Assembly (NCBI GenBank): GCA_043747615.1
Contig: JAYTOU010000007.1
Coordinates: 1 to 64,000 of the forward strand
Direction: 5' to 3'
DNA: 64,000 nt
DNA from: Myxococcales bacterium
GTDB taxonomy: Bacteria > Myxococcota_A > Polyangia > Polyangiales > Polyangiaceae
This document shows positions 46,056 through 55,352 of this stretch, piece after piece (the first letter of the stretch is position 1; the number at the start of each line of letters is the position of its first letter). The notes beneath the pieces were generated by a model, which was given only the letters and a program-made list of their open reading frames with translations, searched no databases and had not been told where the DNA came from. The translations under genes and the position numbers were made by a program.

Positions 46056-48356
46056 GTGTTATATGCGCTCGATCCGGTGCTTCTTTCCGCCCTCCCCCAG
46101 CTTCTGACCGCACGGCTGCGGGCGATCTCTCGGCTCCTACCCGCGCGCCTCGACGGGACGCTCTACGCTTTGTGGGCGGGAGTGCTCACGCTCGCTTCGG
46201 CACGCATGTTCTACGGCTACATGCTCAAGCAGACCGGCGGCGAGTGGTCTGCACCGCTCGACGACGTCTTCATCCACTTCGACTACGCGCGGGCGACGGC
46301 CTCCGGACACCCTTTCGCGTGGGTGGTCGGAAATGGGTATTCCTCCGGAAATACCAGCCTTCTCTACCCCTTCGTTCTCGCTCTCGGATACGCGGGCGGC
46401 TTCGAGGGTGAGCGCCTGATGATCTGGGCTGCGATCGTCGCCGCAGTGTCGGTGTTTGCAACGTTACTCGCGGCGCGGTCTCTCTTTTTCTGGGGTGCTC
46501 GGCCGGGCCATCCCCAGCGGACGTGGATGCACGTGGCCTCTTTTCTTCTTCCGCCGATGGTGCTCGGCATCGGAGCGCTCAGCTGGTCACTGTGGAGCGG
46601 AATGGAAGTCGCGATCTTCCTTGGGACCTGGGCTGCGGCGCTTACCGCGTTCGAGTCTCTCCGACGAGCGCCTACCTCGGCGATCGCTGCACGCTCATGG
46701 CTCCTCGGCGCGTGCGGGGTGCTCATGCTGGTGACGAGGCCAGAGGCGGCGACGACCATCGCGGTGTTCGGGATGGGCGCGGCCATCGTCCACCACCCGC
46801 GCATCGGAACGCGTGGAGCGCTCGCACTTCTTCTGCGGGTCGGGGCGCCTTGCGCCGTCGTCATCGTGATCCAGACCCTCGCCAATCGCTTCTACACCGG
46901 CGAATTCAGCGCAAATGGCGCACTGGTGAAGCTCGCGGTGAATAACCCATTTCTCACACCGGACGAGAAGCTTGCAGACTACCTATTCAACCTGAAGTAC
47001 GTCGTTCTTCGCAACGTCGAGTACCACTTCACCGACGCGCCGGCCTTCGGGATCATCCTGCCCGCGCTCGCTCTCGGGGCGCTCGCCGTCCCTTCGACGC
47101 GCAGCGTGGCCGCCCTTCTCTGGGCCCAGATCGCTGGCTGGATGCTCCTCGTTTCGCTGAACGGACAGGTACGCTGGCAGAACGAGCGCTACACGATGCC
47201 GGCCGTCGCGTGGCTCCTGATCGCAGCAGCGATCGGCGTTGGGGGCCTCATGCAAAAGCGCGGACGACCGAGCGCGCTCATGGTGGTGGGCTTTGGGGCA
47301 ATCGCCATTCAGATCGTGGGCGTGGTCACCCGCGAGCCAAACACGGCTCCCGAGCTGCGCGTCCACTGGGGGCTCGCCATTGCGGGTGCGGCTTTCGTCG
47401 CCGCTGCAGTCTCGGTGTGGCCGGCGCGGGTCGTCGCGGTCGCAGTCGCGCTCTTGTTTGCGCACGAGCATCAAGTCTCGAAGATGCGCGATCAAAAATG
47501 GTTCTTTGGGCGGGCGTGCAGAAACATCCGTGATCAACACCTCGTCGCAGGCCGATGGCTGGCGCGCTTGAAGCCGCACCGCATTCTCGTGGGAGACGCC
47601 GGCGCCTTGATTTACGCCTCTGATCGCCTCGGCCTCGACATCATCGGCCTCGGCGGATTCCACGCGCTCCCCTTCGCGCGGGCGGGCGTTCAGGGCCTTC
47701 CCGCCACCCTCGAGCTCCTCGAGCGGCTGCCGAAAAAAGAGCTGCCCGACGTGCTCGCCATTTTTCCCACGTGGTGGGGCGTTCTTCCCACGTGGTTTTC
47801 GAGCGAAGTGCTCGCCCGTTTTCCGGTGGAAGGAAACGTCATCTGCGGCGGGTACGAAGACGTGATCTACCGCGCCGACTGGCACCTCCTCGGCACCGGA
47901 GAAAATCCTCGGGTGGTCCCCCCAGGGCAGACGGTCGTAGACACGGTCGACGTCGCCGATCTGGTGAGCGAGAAGGAACACGGTTACGTCTTTCCGACGC
48001 CGGCCGGCGGCTGGACGGACATGAAAGTACTCGCGGATCCCGCAGACGATCGTCGCGACATGTTCGACTCTGGCCGTCGCATCCCCGCCCATCGATCGGA
48101 GCACTTCAAGGTCCGGGGCCTCCGCGCGGGGCAGATCGCCAACCTCATCATCCGCAGCGCACCCGACACCACGGCGCGCGTGATCCTCCGTGTGAACGGC
48201 GCGCCCGTGATGCAGCTCGAGCTCGTGCCCACCGAAGGCTGGGTGGAGGGAGCAGCGGAAATACCGATCGCTCACGTGCTTCCGGAGCTCGACATCGAGC
48301 TCTTCAACCAAGGCCCCGGCGACTTCGTCGACTACCACGCGTGGGTGACGCAGTGA
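46056..48356 (+). CDS. Polytopic membrane protein, GT-C (AraT/PMT-like) glycosyltransferase; start approximate
   Basis: APLDDVFIHFDYAR, G.TS.LY, SGME, TRPE, DAGA..Y...D.IGL. Confidence 0.7.
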   Translation: MLYALDPVLLSALPQLLTARLRAISRLLPARLDGTLYALWAGVLTLASARMFYGYMLKQTGGEWSAPLDDVFIHFDYARATASGHPFAWVVGNGYSSGNTSLLYPFVLALGYAGGFEGERLMIWAAIVAAVSVFATLLAARSLFFWGARPGHPQRTWMHVASFLLPPMVLGIGALSWSLWSGMEVAIFLGTWAAALTAFESLRRAPTSAIAARSWLLGACGVLMLVTRPEAATTIAVFGMGAAIVHHPRIGTRGALALLLRVGAPCAVVIVIQTLANRFYTGEFSANGALVKLAVNNPFLTPDEKLADYLFNLKYVVLRNVEYHFTDAPAFGIILPALALGALAVPSTRSVAALLWAQIAGWMLLVSLNGQVRWQNERYTMPAVAWLLIAAAIGVGGLMQKRGRPSALMVVGFGAIAIQIVGVVTREPNTAPELRVHWGLAIAGAAFVAAAVSVWPARVVAVAVALLFAHEHQVSKMRDQKWFFGRACRNIRDQHLVAGRWLARLKPHRILVGDAGALIYASDRLGLDIIGLGGFHALPFARAGVQGLPATLELLERLPKKELPDVLAIFPTWWGVLPTWFSSEVLARFPVEGNVICGGYEDVIYRADWHLLGTGENPRVVPPGQTVVDTVDVADLVSEKEHGYVFPTPAGGWTDMKVLADPADDRRDMFDSGRRIPAHRSEHFKVRGLRAGQIANLIIRSAPDTTARVILRVNGAPVMQLELVPTEGWVEGAAEIPIAHVLPELDIELFNQGPGDFVDYHAWVTQ

Positions 48357-50557
48357 CTACGTGGGGTCAGCTCGTGAAGGTCGTCGGCACGTGGGGGCGT
48401 CCGCCGGACCCGGTGGCCTGGGCGGCTCTCGCGGCCTTCGGAGCGCTCGCGATCATGGCCCTCACGCCGGCAGCGTTCTCGCTTCTTCCGGCACCGATGT
48501 CTCGACGCCGCTTCTTGACGGTGATCGGTTTCGTCGCCGCGTTTCTCTCGCTTGGTTACGTCGCGTACTACTTGCGGGGCGGGCCGCGGATCATCGACGC
48601 GACGACCTACTTCATGCAGGGGCGCGCGCTTTCGCACGGGAAATTCAGCTGGATCATCAGTGAGCCCACCGCGAGCTTCCGTGGTCGTTTTCTGCTCTTT
48701 CAAGAGCCCTATCGCCTCGGAGGAATTTTTCCCCCGGGCTATCCTCTTCTTCTTGCACTTGGTTTTCTCATAGGCGCACCGATGGTGATTGGTCCCGTCC
48801 TTGCGGGCGCGATCACCGTCGCGACGTATGCGCTGGCTCACGAGCTCGTGCTCGACGAGCGTCGGCGCCCACCCTTTTACGTTCCGGATCGCGAGAGCAT
48901 CGCGCGGTTCGCAGCAGCGCTGTCTCTCGTCTCCGCGGCGCTCCGCTACCACACGGCGGACACCATGGCACACGGCGCGGCGGCCCTCGCCATCACGCTC
49001 TCCCTCGCTGCCGCCCTCCGCGCACGCCGCACGGGAGATTCTAGGTTTTTCGCGCTCGCAGGGCTGGCAGCAGGATACGTCGCGGCTACGCGTCTCGCGT
49101 CGGCGATCCCGATCACCCTCGTCATCTTGTGGATCGCCTCCCGTGCTCGTCCGCGCCTCCGCGGGATCGGTGTCACCGTGACTGCGCTCCTTCCGGGTCT
49201 CCTCCTCCTCGCCGCTTCGCAGCACGCGGTCACCGGGGATGCGACGTCGTCTACCCAGCGCGCGTACTACGCGGTGAGCGACGGACCGCCAGACTGTTTT
49301 CGTTACGGCTTCGGCGCCGGGGTGGGGTGTCTCTACGAGCACGGCGAGTTCGTTCGGGCGCGTCTATCGGACGGCTTCGGAGTGCTCGAGGCACTCGGTG
49401 CAACGCTTCGCCGTTTGCGTGTGCATCTCGCCGACGTGCTCAATTTCGAGCCGCTGATCCTCGTTCTGCTCGTCCCTATTTTCAGAGCAGTCCGCGTCTC
49501 CCGGGCCTGCAGGAGCGCGGGAGCGGTGATCATTCTTCATGTCCTCGCGTACGCGCCCTTTTATTTCGACGGCAACTATCCGGGCGGCGGCGCACGTTTC
49601 TTTGCCGAGCTTCTCCCTATCGAGCACGCCGTCATCGCGTTCGCGATCGCCCACGCGCTTCCGACGGTGGCCTTTCCGCGCCGCGTCCTGTGGACCCTCG
49701 CCCTCGCCTGCCTCGGCTTCGCCGTGCACACCTCGTACGAGCATGAAGCGCTCGCCAACCGCGACGGCGGCAGGCCAATGTACGAGCCGGACTTGACGCG
49801 GGAAGCTGGGGTGGTCGACGGCATTCTCTTCTTCGACACCGATCACGGCTTCAATCTCGCTTGCGATCCCGCGGTCACAGCGAGTCACGGTGTCTTGGCG
49901 GCGCGTCTGAGAAATGACGATCACGATCGCATGCTCTACGACTCGCTCGGTCATCCTCCGTCCCACGTTTACCGCTTCGAGAAGGCGGAGCCTGCGGTGG
50001 CAGCCCCTCCGGCGTCGAGCCTCGTGCCCGCACTGGCCGTCCCTCCGCAGCCTCTCAGCCACGTCGACGTCTTCTCTCCGCATGCGCCGGTGAACGATAG
50101 TTGGCGCTTCGAGGCGGAAGCCGATTGGCCCCCGTTCGCGCAGGGCGGAGGCTGGGCCGAGCCTGTGTGGGCCGCAGGGACCGGCGCGTCGCAAGATCGC
50201 GTTCTCACCGTGACCCCGTCTCCGGCGAGCGGTGAGGCATGGGCAGAGATCGAGCTTCCCGTTCCGCGTGCGGATACCTTCAGCGTCCAGCCGCGCGTCC
50301 TCCTGCGAGGCGGCGGGGGCGAGGGAACGCTCAAGCTCTACATGCTAAAAGCCACGGCCGACGGCGGGGCGTACGACCGCGTGGAGGTGGCGAGCTGGCA
50401 GTGGAATGGCGGAGCCGACAAGGCCGTCCCTGCCCATGCAATGGATCTCGAATCACGCGAAATCGTCTTTCAAACGGCTCGCGCGCGGATCGTCCTCACC
50501 GCCAAGGGGGGAGAGGTCGCCCTGGACAAGACAACCTTTCTGAAGGCTACCCGTTGA
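48353..50557 (+). CDS. Polytopic membrane protein, GT-C-like glycosyltransferase
   Basis: PRIIDATTYFMQ, FPPGYPLLLA, GARFF.E; GTG overlaps upstream TGA. Confidence 0.65.
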   Translation: MTTWGQLVKVVGTWGRPPDPVAWAALAAFGALAIMALTPAAFSLLPAPMSRRRFLTVIGFVAAFLSLGYVAYYLRGGPRIIDATTYFMQGRALSHGKFSWIISEPTASFRGRFLLFQEPYRLGGIFPPGYPLLLALGFLIGAPMVIGPVLAGAITVATYALAHELVLDERRRPPFYVPDRESIARFAAALSLVSAALRYHTADTMAHGAAALAITLSLAAALRARRTGDSRFFALAGLAAGYVAATRLASAIPITLVILWIASRARPRLRGIGVTVTALLPGLLLLAASQHAVTGDATSSTQRAYYAVSDGPPDCFRYGFGAGVGCLYEHGEFVRARLSDGFGVLEALGATLRRLRVHLADVLNFEPLILVLLVPIFRAVRVSRACRSAGAVIILHVLAYAPFYFDGNYPGGGARFFAELLPIEHAVIAFAIAHALPTVAFPRRVLWTLALACLGFAVHTSYEHEALANRDGGRPMYEPDLTREAGVVDGILFFDTDHGFNLACDPAVTASHGVLAARLRNDDHDRMLYDSLGHPPSHVYRFEKAEPAVAAPPASSLVPALAVPPQPLSHVDVFSPHAPVNDSWRFEAEADWPPFAQGGGWAEPVWAAGTGASQDRVLTVTPSPASGEAWAEIELPVPRADTFSVQPRVLLRGGGGEGTLKLYMLKATADGGAYDRVEVASWQWNGGADKAVPAHAMDLESREIVFQTARARIVLTAKGGEVALDKTTFLKATR

Positions 50558-50634
50558 CCGCGTTTGGCCCCCGGTGATAGGCGTTTTTAGGTGCGCTGCA
50601 GGCGCCTTTTGCCCCATTCTTGCGAGGCGGAGCG

Positions 50635-50982
50635 ATGACAAAAAGTGAACTCATCGACGCGATGGCAGCCCGGAGCGACCTGACGAAGGCGCGCGCCGAG
50701 CTGGTGGTCAACTGCATCTTCGACGCAATGACCGAGGCGCTTCAGCGAGGCGAGGGCATCGAGATCCGCGGCTTCGGAAGCTTCACGGTCCGCCCGTACA
50801 AGCCCTACTCGGGACGAAACCCGCGCACCGGCGAGCCCGTGCCCGTTCCTGCCAAGCGGCTTCCGTTCTTCAAGGTGGGGCTCGAGCTGAAGAAGCTCGT
50901 GAACAACAGCCGCCACCTCGCCATCACGGGCGGCGACGACGGCGACGATCACGAAGACGAGAGCGAAGACGCGCAAGACTGA
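50635..50982 (+). CDS. ihfB: Integration host factor beta / HU family protein
   Basis: MTKSELID, IEIRGFGSF, GRNPRTGE.V.VP.K..PFFK.G.ELK. Confidence 0.85.
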   Translation: MTKSELIDAMAARSDLTKARAELVVNCIFDAMTEALQRGEGIEIRGFGSFTVRPYKPYSGRNPRTGEPVPVPAKRLPFFKVGLELKKLVNNSRHLAITGGDDGDDHEDESEDAQD

Positions 50983-51006
50983 GAAGACTGCTAGAACGCA
51001 CGGGTC

Positions 51007-52275
51007 ATGAGCTTCGCCCCCGTCTCCGAGCAGCTCGCGCTTCTCACCCGCGGCACCGTCGATCTCCACGTGAAGTCCGAGCTCGAGGAGCGGCTCGAAG
51101 CATCGCGCAAGACGGGTAAGCCGCTGCGCGTGAAGGCGGGGTTCGATCCCACACGCCCCGATCTGCACATCGGTCACGCCGTACTCCTCGCAAAGATGCG
51201 CCACTTTCAGGACCTCGGTCACACCGCGATCCTCCTGGTCGGCGATTTCACGGCGATGGTCGGCGACCCAACCGGCAACAACGATTTGCGCCCGCGCCTC
51301 ACGCGCGAAGACGTCACCGAAGCCGCAAAAACGTACACCGATCAAGCCTTCAAGGTTCTCGACGAGAAGACGGTGGTCATCCACAAGAACTCCGAGTGGC
51401 TCGACGCCCTCTCCCCGGGCGATCTCATCGAGCTGATGGCCAAGAGCACCGTGTCGCGCATGCTCGAGCGAAACGATTTCGCGCAGCGCTTCGCCGACCA
51501 TCGGCCCATTTACCAACACGAGTTTCTCTACCCGCTCCTTCAGGGCTACGACTCCGTTGCGCTCGACCGACTGGGGGGCTGTGACATCGAGCTCGGCGGC
51601 ACGGATCAGCTTTTCAACTTGCTCGTCGGCCGGGATCTCATGGCGAAATACGGCCAAAAACCCCAGCTGGTGATGACCGTTCCCATCCTCGAAGGAACCG
51701 ACGCGCGCATCGACACGACCACCGGATACGTCGTCGGAAAGAAAATGTCGAAGAGCGCCGACAACTACATCGGCCTCAAGGAAGAACCGCTCTCGGTCTA
51801 TCGCAAGGTGATGCAGATCGATGACGACGTCATCTTCCGTTACTTCGAGCTCCTCTCGGCGCAGTCATCCGAAGCCGTCGCCACGCTGAAGGCGGAGCGC
51901 AAAGGCGGCCGCAATCCGATGGAGATCAAAGCGCTCTTCGCGAAGGAGCTCATCGAGCGTTTTCACGGAGCGGAGGCGGCACAAAAAGCAGCCGCAGATT
52001 TCCAGAGCGTGTACTCGGCCGATGCTCTCCCGTCGGACATCGAGGAGCACACGGTGCCAACCGACTTGCCCACGCTGTGGATTGCCAAAGCATTGTCGGT
52101 CGCGAAGCTCGTAAAATCGACGGGCGAAGGAAAGCGCCTCGTCGAACAGGGCGGGGTCGAGGTCGACCAAGCTCGGGTGACCAATCCGCAGCTCCAGCTC
52201 GAACGCGGGAAGCGCTACTTGGTTCGTGTAGGCTCTAAAAATAGGCGCTTCGCATACATCACGGTCCCTGCGTGA
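51007..52275 (+). CDS. tyrS: Tyrosine--tRNA ligase
   Basis: GFDPT.PDLHIGH, YPLLQGYD, GGTDQ.FN, KMSKS, C-terminal S4 domain. Confidence 0.97.
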   Translation: MSFAPVSEQLALLTRGTVDLHVKSELEERLEASRKTGKPLRVKAGFDPTRPDLHIGHAVLLAKMRHFQDLGHTAILLVGDFTAMVGDPTGNNDLRPRLTREDVTEAAKTYTDQAFKVLDEKTVVIHKNSEWLDALSPGDLIELMAKSTVSRMLERNDFAQRFADHRPIYQHEFLYPLLQGYDSVALDRLGGCDIELGGTDQLFNLLVGRDLMAKYGQKPQLVMTVPILEGTDARIDTTTGYVVGKKMSKSADNYIGLKEEPLSVYRKVMQIDDDVIFRYFELLSAQSSEAVATLKAERKGGRNPMEIKALFAKELIERFHGAEAAQKAAADFQSVYSADALPSDIEEHTVPTDLPTLWIAKALSVAKLVKSTGEGKRLVEQGGVEVDQARVTNPQLQLERGKRYLVRVGSKNRRFAYITVPA

Positions 52276-53303
52276 GAGCTGGCCTTCGGCTCGCCGTCCT
52301 CGCCGCGATGCTCATGACGGCTTGCGGCGCGCCACCGACCCCGCAGCCGCAAAGGCTCCCTTCGACGCCGCTGCATCTTCGACCGGTGTCGGATCTCGCG
52401 CCGGCAGCCGGTGTGGTGTGGCTAGTCGATGCCCGCCCCCGAGAGATCCTCGTCATACCGGAGATGGCCGCCCATGTGCGCCTCGTTTTCCCAGATGATC
52501 GGTTCGACACCTTCACGAAGCGGCACGGCGGCGTGGATCTGCGCCAGCTCTCCGAGCTCGAGATCGTGGGCTACCGAGCCGCGACGCTTTTTCTTGCGCG
52601 CGGCATTTTCGATCCGTCGTCGGTGGAGCGCGCATTCACCGCGCGGGCGAAAACGGACGGGCGCGCCATCGATCGCCAGAGCGGTCCCCTCGGCACGATC
52701 GTGCGAACGTGGGGCACGGTGAACACGCAGCGCGAGCAGATCGCGATCTTCGGGCACGAGGCGATCGGCCTAGAAGTTGGCAGGTTCGGCCCCCTGCGCG
52801 CTGCGGAATTTTTCGCGGAAGAGAAGCTGAAAAAATCTTCGCCCGCGCTGCGAGCGCCCCCTCTCGCTCGCGCAGCTGAGCTTGTCGGAGACGCGCCTCT
52901 TCGCGCCTTCGCCCCTGGCCCTTTCGAAGGCGATTCGTCCCGCGCCCTCGGTGGCCTCCTCCGCGCAAGCACGGCGATCGCAATCGCAGTAACCGTCCTC
53001 CCACCCACGAAGGCGGAGCCTGGCGACGAGCCGAGTGCGCGCCTCGCGATCCGCGTGGTCCTTCTGGGCGACTGGAAGGCGGATTCGCAAGCTGCGTCCG
53101 CACGTCTCGCGGCAGCGATCCATACGCTCTCGGAGAGCGCTCTCGGGCGCCTTTTGGGCCTCGATCATCCATCCGCGGAGCCGAAGGTTCGACTGATCGC
53201 CGAAGAGGCACTCGGTGCAGACCTCACGCTCTCTGCGCTCGCTGTGTTCCGCGGTTTGCAAATGGCAACGGGTGCCGGCGCAGAGGACGTCCTTCTCTAC
53301 TGA
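52272..53303 (+). CDS. Hypothetical lipoprotein
   Basis: Lipobox MLMTAC; GTG overlaps tyrS stop. Confidence 0.7.
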   Translation: MRAGLRLAVLAAMLMTACGAPPTPQPQRLPSTPLHLRPVSDLAPAAGVVWLVDARPREILVIPEMAAHVRLVFPDDRFDTFTKRHGGVDLRQLSELEIVGYRAATLFLARGIFDPSSVERAFTARAKTDGRAIDRQSGPLGTIVRTWGTVNTQREQIAIFGHEAIGLEVGRFGPLRAAEFFAEEKLKKSSPALRAPPLARAAELVGDAPLRAFAPGPFEGDSSRALGGLLRASTAIAIAVTVLPPTKAEPGDEPSARLAIRVVLLGDWKADSQAASARLAAAIHTLSESALGRLLGLDHPSAEPKVRLIAEEALGADLTLSALAVFRGLQMATGAGAEDVLLY

Positions 53304-53375
53304 GCGGAGCCCATATACGGCCTCGTCGGATTATGGGGGAATATTGAGGACGTCGGCGATGTTCGCACTCAAACA

Positions 53376-53948
53376 ATGCCCCGCTCCGTACGCAGTGACG
53401 CACGCCCGCATCTCACACCTCCACCCGCGGCGACCAGCCCGGCGACGCCCCCTCCGCCTTCACCGCGCTTCGAAATCGGTGAAAAAGCGGTGCATCCGTC
53501 GCACGGAGTCGGCGAGGTCACGGCGATCGAGCGCAGAAATCTAGGTGGTACCGACGGCCTCTTTTACACGCTGCGCATTCTCGACAACGGAATCAAGGTG
53601 ATGGTCCCTGTCGAAGCCGCGACGAACGTCGGCTTACGCCGCATCATGAGCCCCAGCGAAGCCAACGCCGTCCTCGACACCATGCGCGCCCGCGAAGTGG
53701 CCGTCGACGTCCAGCCCTGGAGCCGCCGTTTCCGCGCCTACACGGAGATGATGCAGAGCGGAGCTCCGCTCGAAATCGCCAAAGTCCTCCGCGACATGCA
53801 CCGCCTGAGGTTCGACAAAAATCTGAGCTTCGGTGAGCGACGCCTGCTCGATCAGGCCAAGAGCCTGCTCTTCAAGGAGCTCGCGCTCGCCAAGAAGATG
53901 CCGGAAGACGCCCTCGCTCACGAAGTAGCCGAGATGTTCGTCGCCTAG
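53376..53948 (+). CDS. CarD/CdnL family RNA polymerase-binding regulator
   Basis: F.IGEKAVHP.HGVG.V, VMVP....VGLR, W.RR.R, LSFGERRLLDQA; Pro-rich N-terminal extension. Confidence 0.9.
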   Translation: MPRSVRSDARPHLTPPPAATSPATPPPPSPRFEIGEKAVHPSHGVGEVTAIERRNLGGTDGLFYTLRILDNGIKVMVPVEAATNVGLRRIMSPSEANAVLDTMRAREVAVDVQPWSRRFRAYTEMMQSGAPLEIAKVLRDMHRLRFDKNLSFGERRLLDQAKSLLFKELALAKKMPEDALAHEVAEMFVA

Positions 53949-54071
53949 TCTTCCCGGGTTTTTCCCGCGGCGAAGTCGCCAAATAAAGGCAGCGATCTAT
54001 TCGCGCAACTCTCCCCCCGTCGCGGCCGATGGGGGTCTGTAGGGCACGCAGCCCTCGAGGAGAAAAGCGCG

Positions 54072-54281
54072 ATGACCATGACGAATTCCGAAACCCAGCT
54101 TGCCGCGATGGAGCAAGAGCTCGCCCGCCAGGACGCGGAGTTGGCGATTGCCCGCGAGCAGCTCAGTGCGCTCGGCGACTGCGAGCTTGGGATTGCAGCG
54201 GAGATCCTCCGCCAGATCGACGACGCATGCGTGGTGCACGTGTCGACAACCCTTCCGTTCCACAGCGGCCTTCGGGCCTAA
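54072..54281 (+). CDS. Small coiled-coil protein, first gene of translocon-like operon
   Basis: GAGGAG RBS, heptad pattern QLAAMEQELARQDAELAIAREQL, ends GLRA. Confidence 0.6.
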   Translation: MTMTNSETQLAAMEQELARQDAELAIAREQLSALGDCELGIAAEILRQIDDACVVHVSTTLPFHSGLRA

Positions 54282-54293
54282 GGAGATTTCGTC

Positions 54294-54977
54294 ATGAGCA
54301 TTCAACCTTTTGGCATGAGCGGCACTGGACCGACCCAGGGCGTAGACCCGAGCAACTTCATCACCCCTGATTCCTTGATGGCCTACTGCGAGTCCCGCAT
54401 GTCGAGCCTAGACGCCCAGATGAAAATTGCGTTCGTACAACAACAAAAAACAAACAGCGACTCGCAAGCGCTCACGTGGCTCCAGTCGGCACTCGCGAAC
54501 TGCGCTCAGGGCGGTATCGCCAAGACCGACGCCCCGAACAACCACGCTGGCAGCGATCTCGTGCGGGCCTTCGAGGTTACCATCAACAAGGTCGGCCGCG
54601 ACACCGAGCTGGGCAGGAAGCTCGTCGCGCAGCAGCACGCGTTCATGACGGAAGTGGGCGGAAATCTCCAAGCCTCCTACGATGACGGCAGCATTTGGGC
54701 GGATCCGGCACTCTCGCATTCCGAGATCCGGATCGGCGGACCGACGACCGGACCGCGCGACGACGGCGACGTTAAAACGATAAGCGGCGAGCGCGTCCAG
54801 ACGTACGTAGGCACGCTCAAGAACGAGCAGTCAGATCTGACAGGCGGCGCGGAGCTGAACATGATTAACCTCCAGGCGATCATGTCGCAGCGCCAAACAG
54901 CCATCCAACTCACGACGAACCTCGTTCAATCGCTCGGCGATTCTTCGAACAAGATCGCCGCCAACATCGGTCACTGA
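54294..54977 (+). CDS. T3SS needle-tip/filament-like protein (Bsp22/EspA/SseB-like)
   Basis: AAGGAG RBS; N-helix LMAY..SRM.SLDAQM....QQQK.N; C-terminus ELNMINLQAIMSQRQTAIQLTTNLVQSLGDSSNKIAANI. Confidence 0.7.
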   Translation: MSIQPFGMSGTGPTQGVDPSNFITPDSLMAYCESRMSSLDAQMKIAFVQQQKTNSDSQALTWLQSALANCAQGGIAKTDAPNNHAGSDLVRAFEVTINKVGRDTELGRKLVAQQHAFMTEVGGNLQASYDDGSIWADPALSHSEIRIGGPTTGPRDDGDVKTISGERVQTYVGTLKNEQSDLTGGAELNMINLQAIMSQRQTAIQLTTNLVQSLGDSSNKIAANIGH

Positions 54978-54986
54978 GGAAGAGCG

Positions 54987-55352
54987 ATGGACTCTAAGCG
55001 TGCAGTAGACACCCTGTTTGCAACGGCACATTGGCTCCTTTCCGAGGAGCGTCCCAGAGACGCGGCGTGTGTGCTGCGCGCGATGGTCCTCGCGTCGCCC
55101 GGCGACGAGCGTGGCTGGCTCGGACTCGGCGCTTGCCACGAGGCTCTCGAGCAGTCCGAAATCGCCCTCGAGATGTACGGCACCGGCCGCGTTTTTGCGC
55201 ACCCTAGCCCGCGCTGTGAGATCGCTCGGGCGCGGGTCTTTCGCGGCTTGGGGCAGGACGACAAAGCAGACGAGGCGCTCGAAAGGGCCTCAGAACTCAC
55301 GTGCGACGACGACGTCGAGGCATTACTTCAAGGGGAACGGAGGGCAGCATGA
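54987..55352 (+). CDS. Class II translocator chaperone (SycD/LcrH-like TPR)
   Basis: LFATAH.L......DA...LR..VL..P.DERGWLGLGACHEALEQ.E.A...Y, matching the SycD RFFLGLGAC pattern; GAGGA RBS. Confidence 0.8.
   Translation: MDSKRAVDTLFATAHWLLSEERPRDAACVLRAMVLASPGDERGWLGLGACHEALEQSEIALEMYGTGRVFAHPSPRCEIARARVFRGLGQDDKADEALERASELTCDDDVEALLQGERRAA

Noticed and set aside
54005..54032. Sigma-28 (FliA)-like promoter GCAAC-N15-GCCGATGG before the translocon-like operon
   Set aside because: The -10 half is suggestive but the -35 match is poor and the sequence is part of a GC-rich hairpin; too weak to call without TSS data.
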